From Octopus sinensis (Eukaryota): a stretch of DNA of 64,000 nt. Under the pieces are notes generated by a model. That model was given only the letters and a program-made list of their open reading frames with translations, was not told where the DNA came from and made no database searches. Below are positions 12,877 through 25,370 of this stretch, piece after piece (position 1 is the first letter of the stretch; every line of letters begins with the position of its first letter). The stretch covers positions 16,120,001-16,184,000 of the forward strand of contig NC_043003.1 of NCBI RefSeq assembly GCF_006345805.1. The letters are read 5' to 3'. Both the position numbers and the translations under genes were made by a program.

Positions 12877-13132
12877 TAATTGTAATAGAATATAATAATA
12901 ATAATAGTAGTAGTAGTAGTAGTAAAGTGAATAATAATAATGGTAATAATAATAATAATAATCATAATAATAATAATAATAATAATAGTAAGTAATAATA
13001 ATAATAATGATAATAATAATAATTGTAATAGTAATAGTAATAATAATAATAATAAAATAATAAATAATAATAATAATAATAATTGTAATAGTAATAATAA
13101 TAATAATGATAATAATAATAATTGTAATAGTA

Positions 13133-13167
<35 letters not shown>

Positions 13168-13192
13168 GATAATAATAATAATAATAATAAAG

Positions 13193-13224
<32 letters not shown>

Positions 13225-13225
13225 G

Positions 13226-13260
<35 letters not shown>

Positions 13261-13315
13261 TGTAATAGTAATAGTAATAATAATAATAATATAATAATAA
13301 TTGTGATGATGATGA
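12820..13315. repeat. (AAT)n-based compound microsatellite
   Basis: About 500 bp of aat/agt/gat triplets; source of the poly-N/poly-I ORF artefacts. Confidence 0.95.
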
Positions 13316-13974
13316 TGAGGGGTAAGGAATCGGAGGAGGAGCAGGAGAAGGAATTGTCCGTAGATATAGCGCAGCATCATAGATGTGGCTATATTAGCGA
13401 ACTTGATTATAGCGGTCAAAGAACAGGAGAAAATAGGAAGAAGTAAAGAAAACAATTCTCATCATCATCATTCTCACCCTCAACAATAATGTTTCGATTT
13501 TTGACAAATGATTAGTCTTAATGAATGGAGGTCGGTCAATTACATTAGCCCAAGTACTTGACTGGTACTTTATCTTACCGCCGGCGAAGAAGGATAAGAA
13601 CTTACATGTTTTGTTTTTTTTAATCTAAGAACTCAACCGACCTACTGAATTCTTAAAGCTCAGATATTCACTAAACGTAAGCATCTGGATAAGTTTCTTT
13701 TATCGAACTGGATTAAGCATGCAAACCTTTTTCTCCATTGAATTACCTATATCAACCATTGTCAATTCCCATTCTAACAAGCCAAAAGGACACAACTCTT
13801 ACCTTCTTTCCCGCCATGCTTTCTTCCTTGTCCTATTTTCATTTATCAGCTTTCTCGCATTATTTTTCGCTCTTTCTTTTATAATGGCTCTCATTTAAAT
13901 CGTGTGTATATTAAACGATATCTTTCATCGGAGAGATTAACAAGCCAACAATAACAGAACAGTACATACATATG

Positions 13975-14024
<50 letters not shown>

Positions 14025-14025
14025 T

Positions 14026-14281
14026 ATATTCTGTTGTGTCTGGGTAGAGTCATTTTCTTTTTGTGCCTTATACTTTAACACACTCCCGGTAAAATTTTCA
14101 CTTATTTCTTCAAAATAAAAAGTAAAAAATAAAATAAAATAAAAATAAGAAATAAGTGGAAATTTACCGGTGAGTGTGTTAAAGTATAAGACACAAAAAG
14201 AAAATAAGTCTCCCCGTCACAACAGAATATGCTTCAACACACAAAACTCATAAAGAATCTTGCAAACCAAATCCAAAACGA
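14026..14281 (+). mobile_element. Fold-back insertion of a PLE-terminus-like sequence
   Basis: About 85-bp inverted arms 14026-14110 and 14147-14230; the right arm continues into gcttcaacacac...atcttgcaaac, similar to the PLE tail at 29509-29560. Confidence 0.65.
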
Positions 14282-14297
14282 ATATATATATATACAT

Positions 14298-14342
<45 letters not shown>

Positions 14343-14362
14343 CTATAATATTATATATATAT

Positions 14363-14404
<42 letters not shown>

Positions 14405-14413
14405 TATAATATG

Positions 14414-14890
14414 TCTTTTGAAGAAACCAGGACGACCCATGTGAAACTCAACAGTCATTTAAAGAAAATGCTACGATCAAGGAGGAGAAAATTAATCTCA
14501 ATAAAACTTTCGTGTGCACAATTTGGGACAGACCATGCTTTTCTTTTGCTGGGCTTAAATCTCATTTGAGGTCCCATGAAAAACGAACCTCCAGTAACTA
14601 CTCTGCCTATCTGGATTTCAAAACCACGATTTTGAGTACAACACCCTACTCACCAGGCCATACACCTTCACACACACATTCGTTCACACACGTATTATTT
14701 ACGTCATAAGAATTTAGATAGCATAAGGTCTGCGAATCTAACGGAGACCTTAAAAGACATTTTAAGATCCACAATGACCAGAACTTCACTGAAGCTCTTG
14801 ATGATGCAAAGCAGATATGCAATATACGCGGGTATCTTTCTGAAACAGTGTCTGGTTTTAAAAGCCACATCAGAAGCCATGATAGATCTA
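14414..14890 (+). pseudogene. Degenerate LINE-like C-terminus with three C2H2-like zinc fingers
   Basis: FEETRTTHVKL...; VCTIWDRPCFSFAGLKSHLRSH; KVCESNGDLKRHFKIH; ICNIRGYLSETVSGFKSHIRSH; interrupted at 14624-14718. Confidence 0.55.
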
Positions 14891-14988
14891 AGGTGTGAGT
14901 ACAAGAGATGGTCAAACTCTGTATATACACTTATTAACATCTATACATATATACATACATATATAAATGTACACATTTATATATATGT

Positions 14989-15292
14989 GGAGGCGCAATG
15001 GCCCAGTTGTTAGGGCAGCAGACTCGCGGTCGTAGGATCACGGTTTCAATTCCCAGACTGGGCGCTATGAGTGTTTGTTGAGCGAAAGCACCTAAAGCTC
15101 CACGAGTCTCCGGCAGGGGCGGGGTTCGATCCCTGCTGTACTTTTTCGCCACAACTTCTCTCACTCTTTCTTCTGTTGGCCTGCTGGCTTAGCCAGCGGG
15201 ATAGCGTCATTTTAGGCTAAAACAATCCGAAGCGCACTGTGACCAGCGATGTGTAGCAACATCTGATAGCCTGGTCGGTCACGATGATCACG
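14989..15292 (+). mobile_element. tRNA-derived SINE, head C plus tail Z
   Basis: ggaggcgcaatggcccagttgttagggcag...ggtttcaattccc (A/B-box-like); 16-bp direct repeat atataaatgtacacat at 14961 and 15296. Confidence 0.8.
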
Positions 15293-15325
15293 GTAATATA
15301 AATGTACACATATATACGCACACAG

Positions 15326-15368
<43 letters not shown>

Positions 15369-15829
15369 GTGTGTGTGCACGCGCGCATGTGTGTGTGTGC
15401 ACGCGCACATGTGTGTGTGTATTTATTATTTATGTATGTATTTACTGTATGAGTGTATATATGTTTCTCTCCAACATTTTTGAAGCATATCAATTGGTCA
15501 ATTTAACTTTCTCCTTTGCTTGTTACCAAGAGATTTTAAACAATTGTAGAGGTAGAATTTATTCTGTTAGTTGTATCTATACTCTCCGTTAACATACATG
15601 TGCATGTATATATGTGTGTATGTATGCGTGTGCGTGTTCAGTTTTAACGGTTGAGCTCGAAGTAGATAAAGCTGTAAATAACAGCCTGTAAATATCGGGT
15701 TAAAAAGCAGCTGGATTAAATACTGCTTTATCTTCACCGATGTGCTCAATCGTTAAAAATTAATTATTTCACGTTTTCTCGAAGTTTCTAAATTCTTAAG
15801 ACGTAAATAACACGTGTGCGAATGAATGT

Positions 15830-16110
15830 GTGTGGAAAGGTGTGTTGCCTGGTGAGTAGGGTGTCGTACTCAAAATCGTGGTCTTGATTCCCAGACCGGT
15901 GATGCATTATGTTCTTGAAGGAAAGAAACACTTCATTTCACGTTGCACCTGCCCCCTCAGTGGTAAATGGGTAACCCTACGACGGACTGGCCTCCTATAC
16001 CGGAGCACTGTTATCCTGTCAGCTTCGCCAGCTGAGTGGCATCATTCGAAAGCTACAACAATGCGAAAAAGCGCGTCGTGGCTAGCGGTGTATAACAACA
16101 TCCCTTAGCC
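15830..16110 (+). mobile_element. Degenerate SINE, head D plus tail Y/Z
   Basis: aaacacttcatttcacgttgc...tacgacggactggcc shared with 62720-62963; its 3' part resembles the tail of the 14989 copy. Confidence 0.6.
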
Positions 16111-16153
<43 letters not shown>

Positions 16154-16187
16154 TCTGTATATATATGTGAGTGTATATATATATATA

Positions 16188-16225
<38 letters not shown>

Positions 16226-18013
16226 CTGAGAGAGAGAGAGTACGTGTGTGTGTGTATGTATTATATACATACATATACACACATATGTGTATATATATAT
16301 ATATTTACATACACATATATGTATAAATACATATATATGCACACACACATTTTCATATATATATATATGTAGTGTGTGAGTGTGTGAGCATGTGTGTGCG
16401 TGTGTACGTATGTATGCATGTATCTATCTATATATGTCTGTGTGTGTGCGTGCGTGTGTGTGCGTGCGTACGTGTGTGTATGATATATAAGAAACAACAG
16501 TGTGAAAACGGTAAATGAATAAGACCATACTCATAAGAATTTTTATATTTTTATATCGTAAATAATTATCTTCATTGATTCCGTTTTAAACAACTAAGAT
16601 GAGAGAAACAGACATAAAAATCCCGCTACACCATACACAAAAAAACCCGTCCCACCACCACCTCTACTACCACCGAAAAAACACAATCTAACAGTGAGAA
16701 TTAACATCAGTTTCTAAGAGCCTTCACAGATCCGATTAGTTTCAAAGCGAAACGTTATATAATTTAGCACGCACCTCATCAGACTGTTATTGTTGAAGTC
16801 TGAATAATATCAGCTGTGCCACATCTTTATTAGCCAGAGATTTTTTTATATAATATATGATTTTCTGATGAGTTTTACGGATGATACGTTCTTATTAATG
16901 TGCGCGTATATATTATATATATATATAATATATATATATAATAGATATATACAATACATATATATATACATGTATATATCATATATACATATAATAATAT
17001 ACATATATATACATATATATACATATATACATATATAATATACATATATACATATATATATATACTATATATACATATCTATATACATATCATACTATAT
17101 ATATATATATATTACATATAATATATATATACCACACAACACAACACACATATTATATAATACAGAGTGGGTCTCTGTGTGTGTGGTGGTTATATATCAA
17201 ATTTGATATTTATATATCATATATATATATATACATATAAGCCTATATAGATATACACGACTTGTACCAAAGTTGAAAGCATTATTATTGTTGTTGTTGT
17301 TCGTACGTTCGACAAACCTACTTAACGATATTTCGTCCGCTTCACGTTCCGAGTTCAAAACTCCGCCGAGGTCGACATTGCCTTTCTTCCTTTAGGGAGC
17401 GATAAAAGAAGTACCAGTTGTACACTGTGGTTGATGTATTGGACTAGATTTCTTTCTCAGATTTTCCATCACCTTGCCCTGAATTCCGGCGTGCGACTGC
17501 AGTCAGAACTCCTACCGTGTTCCTGCCATCTGACTACAGCTTTGTAGTCTCCGTTGCAGCTTCGTAGACTTCAGTGACAAACATTGTCATTGGAATTTTC
17601 TATGGAACCCACTCCTGGAACCCGCCATACATAGATATATAAAATTAATAGTGACAGGAGAAGTGTTAATATCAAAAGGTAACCTCGATCTCCTGTTTAA
17701 CATACAGTTTGTGTTAGGACACAAAATACTGCGTTATTTACCCTGAAAGAACCTCTCATAGGAACTCGTGGTGCATAAAAGAACTCAAAATTATATTGCT
17801 GATAGACGAGAATTGTCTGTAACAGTTTCCGGAATTACCTGATCACGTCATTTCACCCTGCTATGAGTTCCTCAGTGACAGATATCCAGCAGCGCGATAA
17901 CAGCCGAATCTCCAGTCAGTGATATATAGAATTTCACTGGTATCGCGAATAGCCTGTGGGTTTATTAACAAATAATTTATGGCGACAGAAGCAAATGTCC
18001 AGCAGCGTGATAT

Positions 18014-18053
<40 letters not shown>

Positions 18054-18109
18054 CTGTCTCTCTCGCTCTCGCTTTCTTTCTCTTTCTCCTTTTTTCTCTC
18101 TTTTTTTAT

Positions 18110-18280
18110 TGTTTACTTGTTTCGGTCGTTGGACTGAGGCCATGCTGTGGCACCGCCTTGAAAGGTTTAGTCGAACGAATCGACCCCAGTATGCAATTTT
18201 TTTAAGTCTAGTATTTATTCTATTGGAATACGAAGTTGCAGGGACATAAACAAACCAACACCGGTTGTCAAACGGCAGTG
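18110..18280 (-). mobile_element. SINE A tail fragment
   Basis: gccatgctgtggcaccgcctt...ccggttgtcaaacg. Confidence 0.65.
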
Positions 18281-18378
18281 GCTCTCACACACACACATAC
18301 GTGTGTGTGTATGTGTGTGTGTGTGTAGCCAACAACGGTACGGGAGGTATTAAATGCGCGTTACGCTGTTATTACCTG

Positions 18379-18430
<52 letters not shown>

Positions 18431-18460
18431 TATTTATAAGACTTATACACACATATTCAC

Positions 18461-18501
<41 letters not shown>

Positions 18502-19084
18502 CGCATACTTCCATACACATTTATCCAAACACTCACACATACATACATACATTCTACATACATACATACATCACATACATACATACATACATACTACTAC
18601 AATACATAACATCATACATACATACATACACACATACATAGAAACATGTGCAACAAACTGAAAACTGTTTGTAACTGGTTTCTTCCAAAACGTCAAATTG
18701 TATCATTTTTCTTCTCTAAAACCAAGATTAGTGATTAGTGTTTCGCTCTTACTCTATGTCCAGTCTTGACTTCAACTTCCAGAAATGTCCGTTAATGTTC
18801 ATATAAGATATTACTGTAGTTATGGCTCTCCTGCCGCTTCAGACATCATTAAAATACGATCAATTGGTATTTTTCTAAATATATCCGTGATTGCTTGGCA
18901 GTTTATTACAAACGATATCAAATCGGACATTTATATGTTATGAATTTTTCGTCTTCTTTAAGCCTATTTCTCTTCGTTTGTCTTGACAACTGTCTGGGAT
19001 GGTATGATATGGTCCACTGTTGATACGGAGTTTATTGTATTGTTTTTTGCCTTCTTTTGTTTTTTTTTATTTTTTGTTTTATCT

Positions 19085-19492
19085 TTTATCTGTTTCAATT
19101 ATTAGACTGCAGCCATCCTGGGGCACCACCTTGGAAATTTTTTTAGCCGAATGAATCGAGCCCGAGACGTAGTTTTTGTTTTAAGACTGATACATATTCT
19201 ATCGCTCGCTTTTGCCGAACCGCTGGAATATATATATATATATCAAAACGTGAACGCACCAGCACCGGTTGTCAAACGGTGGTGGAGAAAAAACACAGGC
19301 ACAAAGACACACACACATACACATAGATATAAATATATACGATGGGCTTCTTTCAGTTTCCGATACCCAAATCCACTTACGAGGCTTGGGTTAACTCGAG
19401 GCTATTGTACAAGACGCTTCCCCAAGGTGTCACGCAGTGGGACTGAGCCAGGATACATGTGGTTTGAAAGCAGGCTTCTTACCACACAGCTA
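19085..19492 (-). mobile_element. Degenerate SINE A
   Basis: Tail and head on the minus strand, separated by (CA)/(TA). Confidence 0.75.
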
Positions 19493-19532
19493 GCCTTCAA
19501 TATATTCAATACATATATATACATATATATAT

Positions 19533-19914
19533 TCTCTTTTACTCTTTTACTAGTTTTAGTCATTTGACTGCGGCCATGCTGGAGCACCGCCTTTAGTTGA
19601 GCAAATCGACCCCAGGACTTACTCTTTGTAAGCCTAGTACTTATTCTATCAGTCTTTTTTGCCGAATCGCTAGGTTACGGGACGTAAACAGACTAGCATC
19701 GGTTGTCAAGCGATGTTAGGGGGGGGAGAAACACAGACACACAAATACACATACATATACATATATTGGATGGGCTTCTTTCAGTTTCCGTCTACCAAAT
19801 CCACTCACAAGGCTTTGGTTGGCCCGAGGCTATAGTAGAAGACACTTGCCCAGGTGCCTAGCAGTGGGACTGAACCCGAACTATGTGGTTCGTAAGCAAG
19901 CCACTCCTACGCAT
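19533..19914 (-). mobile_element. SINE A, full length
   Basis: Runs from ctcttttactcttttact (tail end) to gccactcctacgcata (head start). Confidence 0.88.
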
Positions 19915-19949
19915 ATACATATACATACATACGTATATATATATAGATA

Positions 19950-19988
<39 letters not shown>

Positions 19989-20239
19989 TATGCATGTGTG
20001 TGTACATATATATATATGAGAGATAGAGAGAGAGAGGGAGAGTATCTGTGTGTTCTGTGTGTGTATGCTTGTAATGTATGTATGTATAGATAGATAGACG
20101 TAGGTATGGGTGAATACATGCGTACATAAATATTCTTTCACACACACACGGCAAATGTACAACGTGTCTATGTATTTATCAAATTGTATGAATATACTCT
20201 TCACACCAAATATATAAATGAATATGGTTCCTGCCATAA

Positions 20240-20426
20240 TATATATATGTATATATATGTATTGAATATATTGAAGGCTAGCTGTGTGGTAAGAAGCCTG
20301 CTTTCAAACCACATGTATCCTGGCTCAGTCCCACTGCGTGACACCTTGGGGAAGCGTCTTGTACAATAGCCTCGAGCTAACCAAAGCCTCGTAAGTGGAT
20401 TTGGGTATCGGAAACTGAAAGAAGCC
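20240..20426 (+). repeat. Inverted copy of 19345-19531 (SINE A head plus its flank)
   Basis: Shares private variants and flank tattgaatatattgaaggctagc; about 2 mismatches in 187 bp. Confidence 0.85.
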
Positions 20427-20728
20427 TTTTCTTCTGTAGTTTTCAATTTCTTAGCACCAAGATATATCACTCGAATATAAATTACTTCAGAATTCCAGTT
20501 ATTTTATAAAGAGACTATTTTGACAATTGATTTTCTTATTTCTGAGTTTAAGTTATGGGGTGTTTGCGATTACACTTCTTGGCTATTCAGATACGTGTGG
20601 GTGTGTGGGGGTGAAGTCCTATTGAAGAGTCTGATTTCACTGAATTCACAAGAAAGGAATTAAGTTTTAAAATATTAATATTTCTAAGTCTCTCTAAAGA
20701 AGACTACGGCAGCGGTACTGGATATTAA

Positions 20729-20875
20729 TAGTTATCGCCAAGTTAATATGGCAGTTCAGAAATATAGGACGAATGCTGCCGTTGATTAGCTCCAAGAGGC
20801 CATCGCCTCTAGCTAGCTATGTTACACTCGAACATTCGTCCTATTTTTCTGGACTGCCATGTTTGGCGATAACTA
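20729..20875. mobile_element. Small MITE-like element
   Basis: About 45-bp imperfect TIRs tagttatcgccaa...ggacgaatg / cattcgtcc...ttggcgataacta, with TA at both ends. Confidence 0.65.
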
Positions 20876-21300
20876 TGAATCAAGTTTAAGTACCCCTGTA
20901 AATAGAATTTGCTGTGAATATTCTCTTCTTCATTCGTCTCAAAGCGTAACGTTAAACATGCAATAACTATATCTAGCTGTATCCATTCATTCATCCGCCC
21001 ATCTGTCTGTCTGTTTGCCTGACTTTTCTGCCTGTCTATCTTTCTTTCTTTCTATCTATCTATCTATCTGACTATCTGTCTGTCTATCTGTCTCTTTGGG
21101 TTCAGATGCCACCGATGTCGACTATTCTTTTCATCCTTCACGGGTCGATAAAAGAAGTACTAGTTGAGCAGCTGTGACCAATGCAATCGACTACCTCCCT
21201 CAACCCAAATTTTCAGGCTTTGTGCCTATAGTAGAAAGAATTATTAAGTTACAGAGCTTTTGAAGTTAATAAAACGTAGAAACATTTGATATTTTAACAA

Positions 21301-21442
21301 TAGGCGCAGGAGTGGCTGTGTGGTAAGTAGCTTGCTTACCAACCGCATGGTTTCGGCCAAGTATCTTCTACTATAGCCTCGGGCCGACCAAAGTCTTGTG
21401 AGTGGATTTGGTAGACGGAGACTGAAAGAAGCTCGTCGTATT

Positions 21443-21473
<31 letters not shown>

Positions 21474-21690
21474 TTGTGTATCTGTGTTTCTCCCCAGCCC
21501 CCTAACATTGCTTGACAACCGATGCAGGTATGTTTCCGTCCCCGTAACTTAGTGGTTCGGCAAAAGTGACCGAGAGAATAAGTACTAGGCTTACAAAGAA
21601 TAAGTCTTGGGGTCGATTTGCTCGACTAAAAACGGTGCTCCAGCATAGCCGCAGTCAAATGACTGAAACAAGTAAAAGAGTAAAAGAATA
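21301..21690 (+). mobile_element. SINE A with a deletion in the head
   Basis: taggcgcaggagtggctgtgtggtaag...ggtttcgg|ccaagtatcttc; complete tail. Confidence 0.88.
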
Positions 21691-21714
21691 AATGAATAAT
21701 AATTTTTTGTTATT

Positions 21715-22145
21715 GCTGAGTGGGAGAGCAGTGCACGCTATCAAAATGACACTGGGGTAAAATATACGAAGCCCAGTATACCCATCATGACTACCCGTAT
21801 GATAAGGGTACATCTGGCACATTCATCAATAATGGTTGTTTAAGGAAGTTGAACCAAACACCTATGTTTCGAAAGGTGAATTATCCAAACCTCAAAGAAT
21901 CCCTCTCAACACACGGCTATGATACTCCCCCACTACTTCTGCTCGTGATCAGAGATGCACATATCGTCAGCCACTAAGGGACATGCTCAACTGGTTATGG
22001 TCAAACAACTGACAAACAAATTTGTGGTATTGAACAGAATATTTGCTGTAGCCCATTTATTATATCAAGACAAAGCAATGTACATGATAACACTTCCAAT
22101 CACTTAAGACGAGAAGCCATGAGAGCCACTGCCTGGTACTAAATT
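21715..22145. repeat. Unclassified interspersed repeat (family E)
   Basis: Reverse complement of 36780-37140 (ccatgagagccactgcctgg, cagaatatttgctg, ctacttctgctcgtg). Confidence 0.75.
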
Positions 22146-22265
22146 AGTATTATTATATGAAACTCACAGCTTATTTTGCTGGGTATGACGGAAAGTGTTA
22201 GGAGTCCACGGACAGTAGACTAAGAGGACAATTGCAGTTCCAAGCAATGCTGATTATTATTATTA

Positions 22266-22314
<49 letters not shown>

Positions 22315-22698
22315 TTTTGCGTCTTCAAATTTTCTTCCGTTTCTCGTCGTGTGTTTTCCGTACACCTAGGGCAGAGAAGCTCATTGTATGCATTCCCAGA
22401 TTACACACGCAAATTCATAGGTAAAATATGTATTTAAAAAGTTAATAAATAAATAAATTCATGAATGGATGCTGTTTTCACAGTGATAATGCTCTTCTCA
22501 GTACATGAGACGTTCCAGTTAACACGATTCTTTGCACTTCCTGTAGGGATGGTAAGCCTGGTATCATTTTCAAATAGGTTTCAGTACCTTTTTTATCATT
22601 CCTAGAGATCCTACAATCACTGGTATTGTAGTAGCCTTGAGATGCCACATTTTTTCAGTTTCTATTAGCAAGTCTGTATATTTACTGATCTTGTCAAA

Positions 22699-22703
<5 letters not shown>
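22315..22703 (-). mobile_element. R4/Dong-like (RLE) LINE 3' end inside (TAA)n
   Basis: Minus-strand KISKYTDLLIETEKMWHLKATTIPVIVGSLGMIK/GTETYLKMIPGLPSLQEVQRIVLTGTSHVLRRALSL* (stop at 22478-22480), 3' UTR, and (TAT)n on both sides. Confidence 0.8.
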
Positions 22704-22755
<52 letters not shown>

Positions 22756-22765
<10 letters not shown>

Positions 22766-22895
22766 CATTATTATGTTTACACAACTTCTAATGCTGAAGA
22801 TGTACTACGGTGACAGCCGTTCACTACCAGTGAACTAAGGTAACACCCCTTATTTTTCGGGCACCATCCACAGTATTCGAGCGGTTCCAAGCACT
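22756..22895 (-). mobile_element. Second, very short R4/Dong-like 3' end
   Basis: Minus-strand VLGTARILWMVPEK*, then a UTR and (TAA)n at 22703-22755. Confidence 0.6.
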
Positions 22896-22923
22896 AGTAG
22901 TAGTAGTTGTAGTAGTAGTAGTT

Positions 22924-22968
<45 letters not shown>

Positions 22969-22980
22969 TAGTAGTAGTAG

Positions 22981-23557
22981 TTTGAAAATGTTGATGAATC
23001 TGAGAAATATGTCGTGGGAGATAAGAGGTGATTATTATAACATCAAATAGCAGTACAAAATTATAATTATTAAAGTAATGAAAAATAAAACAATTTTTGG
23101 AGGGTACATATTGTTTCTGAAAGATAATTAAAACTGAAAAATCTCTGAATTAAAGTATGGATTCTGGAAGAAACCCAAAACCTTGTAAGTTTCAAACCAC
23201 GAGATTAATTATTTTAATGACATAACGCATTTATTAATTACGAAATATATTTACTCTCAACACAGGCATAGCTGCGTTGTAAGAAATTTACTTCACAATC
23301 ACATCGTTTCGTGTTCAATCCCACTGTATAATACCCTGAGCAAATGTTTTCTACTACAAACGAAATGTCTCCACGCATTGTTGTAGCCTTCAAATAATGC
23401 CCCCCTCGTAGATTAAGGGGAATGACAAGATGTACCCTCCAAAAATTGTTTTATTTTTCATAACTTTAATAATTATAATTTTGTACTGCTATTTGATGTT
23501 ATAATAATCACCTCTTATCTCCCACGACATATTTCTCAGATTCATCAACATTTTCAA

Positions 23558-23558
<1 letters not shown>
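22981..23558. repeat. 129-bp near-perfect inverted repeat flanked by (TAG)n/(CTA)n
   Basis: Arms 22981-23109 and 23430-23558, 1 mismatch seen, 320-bp spacer. Confidence 0.9.
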
Positions 23559-23591
<33 letters not shown>

Positions 23592-23609
23592 TACTAATAC
23601 TACTACTAT

Positions 23610-23772
23610 CCACAAGGGGCTTAACACAGAGAGGACGAACAAGGACAGACAAACGGATTAAGTCGATTATATCGACCCCAGTGCGTAAGTAGTACTTACT
23701 TAATTGACCCCGAAAGGACGAAAAGCAAAGTCGACCTCGGCGGAATTTGAACTCAGAACGTAGCGGCAGAGC
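23610..23772 (-). mobile_element. SINE B partial
   Basis: Core and tail without head. Confidence 0.8.
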
Positions 23773-23975
23773 ATGACAACATACCCCTCGGAAGAGAACG
23801 TCAGTCTGTCTCAGTGTTTCCCATTTAGAGGCGATTGAACTGGAACAGCGCAACGGGGAATGAAGTGATTTACTCAAGAACACAACGTACTACTTACCTA
23901 CGAATGACTTAAGAAGCCTAAACTTCGGAATCACTGTTAGTAATATTCTTGTTTAATAATTGTATATATATTATA

Positions 23976-24385
23976 TAGGCCCAGGAGTGGCTGTGTGGTA
24001 AGTAGCTTGCTAACCAACCACATAGTTCCGGGTTCAGTCCCACTGCGTGGCATCTTGGGCAAGTGTCTTCTGCTATAGCCCCGGGCCGACCAATGCCTTG
24101 TGAGTGGATTTGGTAGACGGAACTGAAGAAGCCTGTCGTATTATGTATATATATATTTATGTGTGTATGTTTTTGTGTGTCTGTGTTTGTGTCCCCTAGC
24201 ATTGCTTGACAACCGATGCTGGTGTGTTTACGTCCCCCGTCACTTAGCGGTTCGGCAAAAGAGACCGATAGAATAAGTACTGGGCTTACAAAGAATAAGT
24301 CCCGTGGTCGATTTGCTCGACTAAAGACGGTGCTCCAGCATGGCCGCATTCAAATGACTGAAACAAGTAAAAGAGTAAAAGAGTA
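23976..24385 (+). mobile_element. SINE A, full length
   Basis: tRNA-like head (A box tggctgtgtgg, B box ggttcagtccc), cttgggcaagtg CORE-like segment, (TA/TG), tail ending gtaaaagagtaaaagag. Confidence 0.92.
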
Positions 24386-24544
24386 TATATGTGTGTGTGT
24401 GTGGCTTCGGGAGTACTGAAAATTTCTGGCTTTAAGGGTGCCACGAAAGGCCTTGTTGGAGGCCCAATCTTCGGAGTTCTTTTATAGGGCTTTGAAAAAC
24501 TGAAGGATCGCTGCAATGAAAATGTGAATCTGAGAGGGAATATC

Positions 24545-24790
24545 TTATTTTCTACTCTAGGCACAAGGCCCAAATTTTGGTGGGAGAGGGCCAGTCAATT
24601 AGATCGATCCCAGTACGTAATTGGTACTTAATTCATCGACCCCGAAAGGATGAAAGGCAAAGTCGACCTCGGCGGAATTTGAAATCAGAACGTAGCGGCA
24701 GACGAAATACCTATTTCTTTAATTTCTTTACTACCCACAAGGGTTTAAACACAGAGAGGACAAACAAGGACAGACAAACGGATTAAGTCG
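24545..24790 (-). mobile_element. SINE B chimera (tail fragment plus headless unit with the alternative tail)
   Basis: Junction gaaatacctatttc at 24704-24717; alternative tail ggccttgtgcctagagtagaaa. Confidence 0.75.
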
Positions 24791-24833
<43 letters not shown>

Positions 24834-24869
24834 ATATATATATATCTATATATATTATAATAGTATATA

Positions 24870-25255
24870 GTGGTACCGTCTCTCCGTCGTTACGACGACG
24901 AGGGTTCCAGTTGATCTGATCAACGGAACAGCTTGCTCGTGAAATTAACGTGCAAGTGGCTGAGTACTCCACTGACACGTGTGCTGTTAACGTAGCTCTC
25001 GGGGAAATTGAACTTTAAACAGTGTCACAAGGCTGGCCCTTTGAAATACAGATACAAGAGAAACAGGAAGAAAGAGAGAGAGAAAATTGTCGTGAAAGAG
25101 TACAGCAGGTGTCACCACCACTCCTGCCGGAGGTCGTGGAGCTTTAGATGTTTTTGGTCAATAAACATTCACAACGCCCTGTCTGGGAATCGAAACCGTG
25201 ATCCTACGACCGGAAGTCTGCTGCCCTGACCACTGGCCGGCCATTGCGGCTCCAC
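24870..25255 (-). mobile_element. SINE, head C plus tail X
   Basis: Head as at 14989; tail caaagggccagccttgt...gatcaactggaaccctcgtcgtcg. Confidence 0.82.
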
Positions 25256-25335
25256 ACACACACACACACATATATATAATATGTATATATATGTATATAT
25301 ATATATATGTATATATATACATACATATATATATT

Positions 25336-25370
<35 letters not shown>

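Noticed and set aside
14989-15065. tRNA-like sequences at SINE heads (also 23976, 62890, 6451)
   Set aside because: A/B-box-like motifs continue into SINE bodies, and no complete cloverleaf with acceptor stem could be drawn
16864-16892. CTGATGA...GATACGTT hammerhead-like motif (also 37244-37270)
   Set aside because: GAAA absent and stems do not pair; the second lies in a degenerate SINE
18660-19030. Possible degenerate coding remnant (KCPI..VC) on the minus strand
   Set aside because: Multiple stops and no confident family motif
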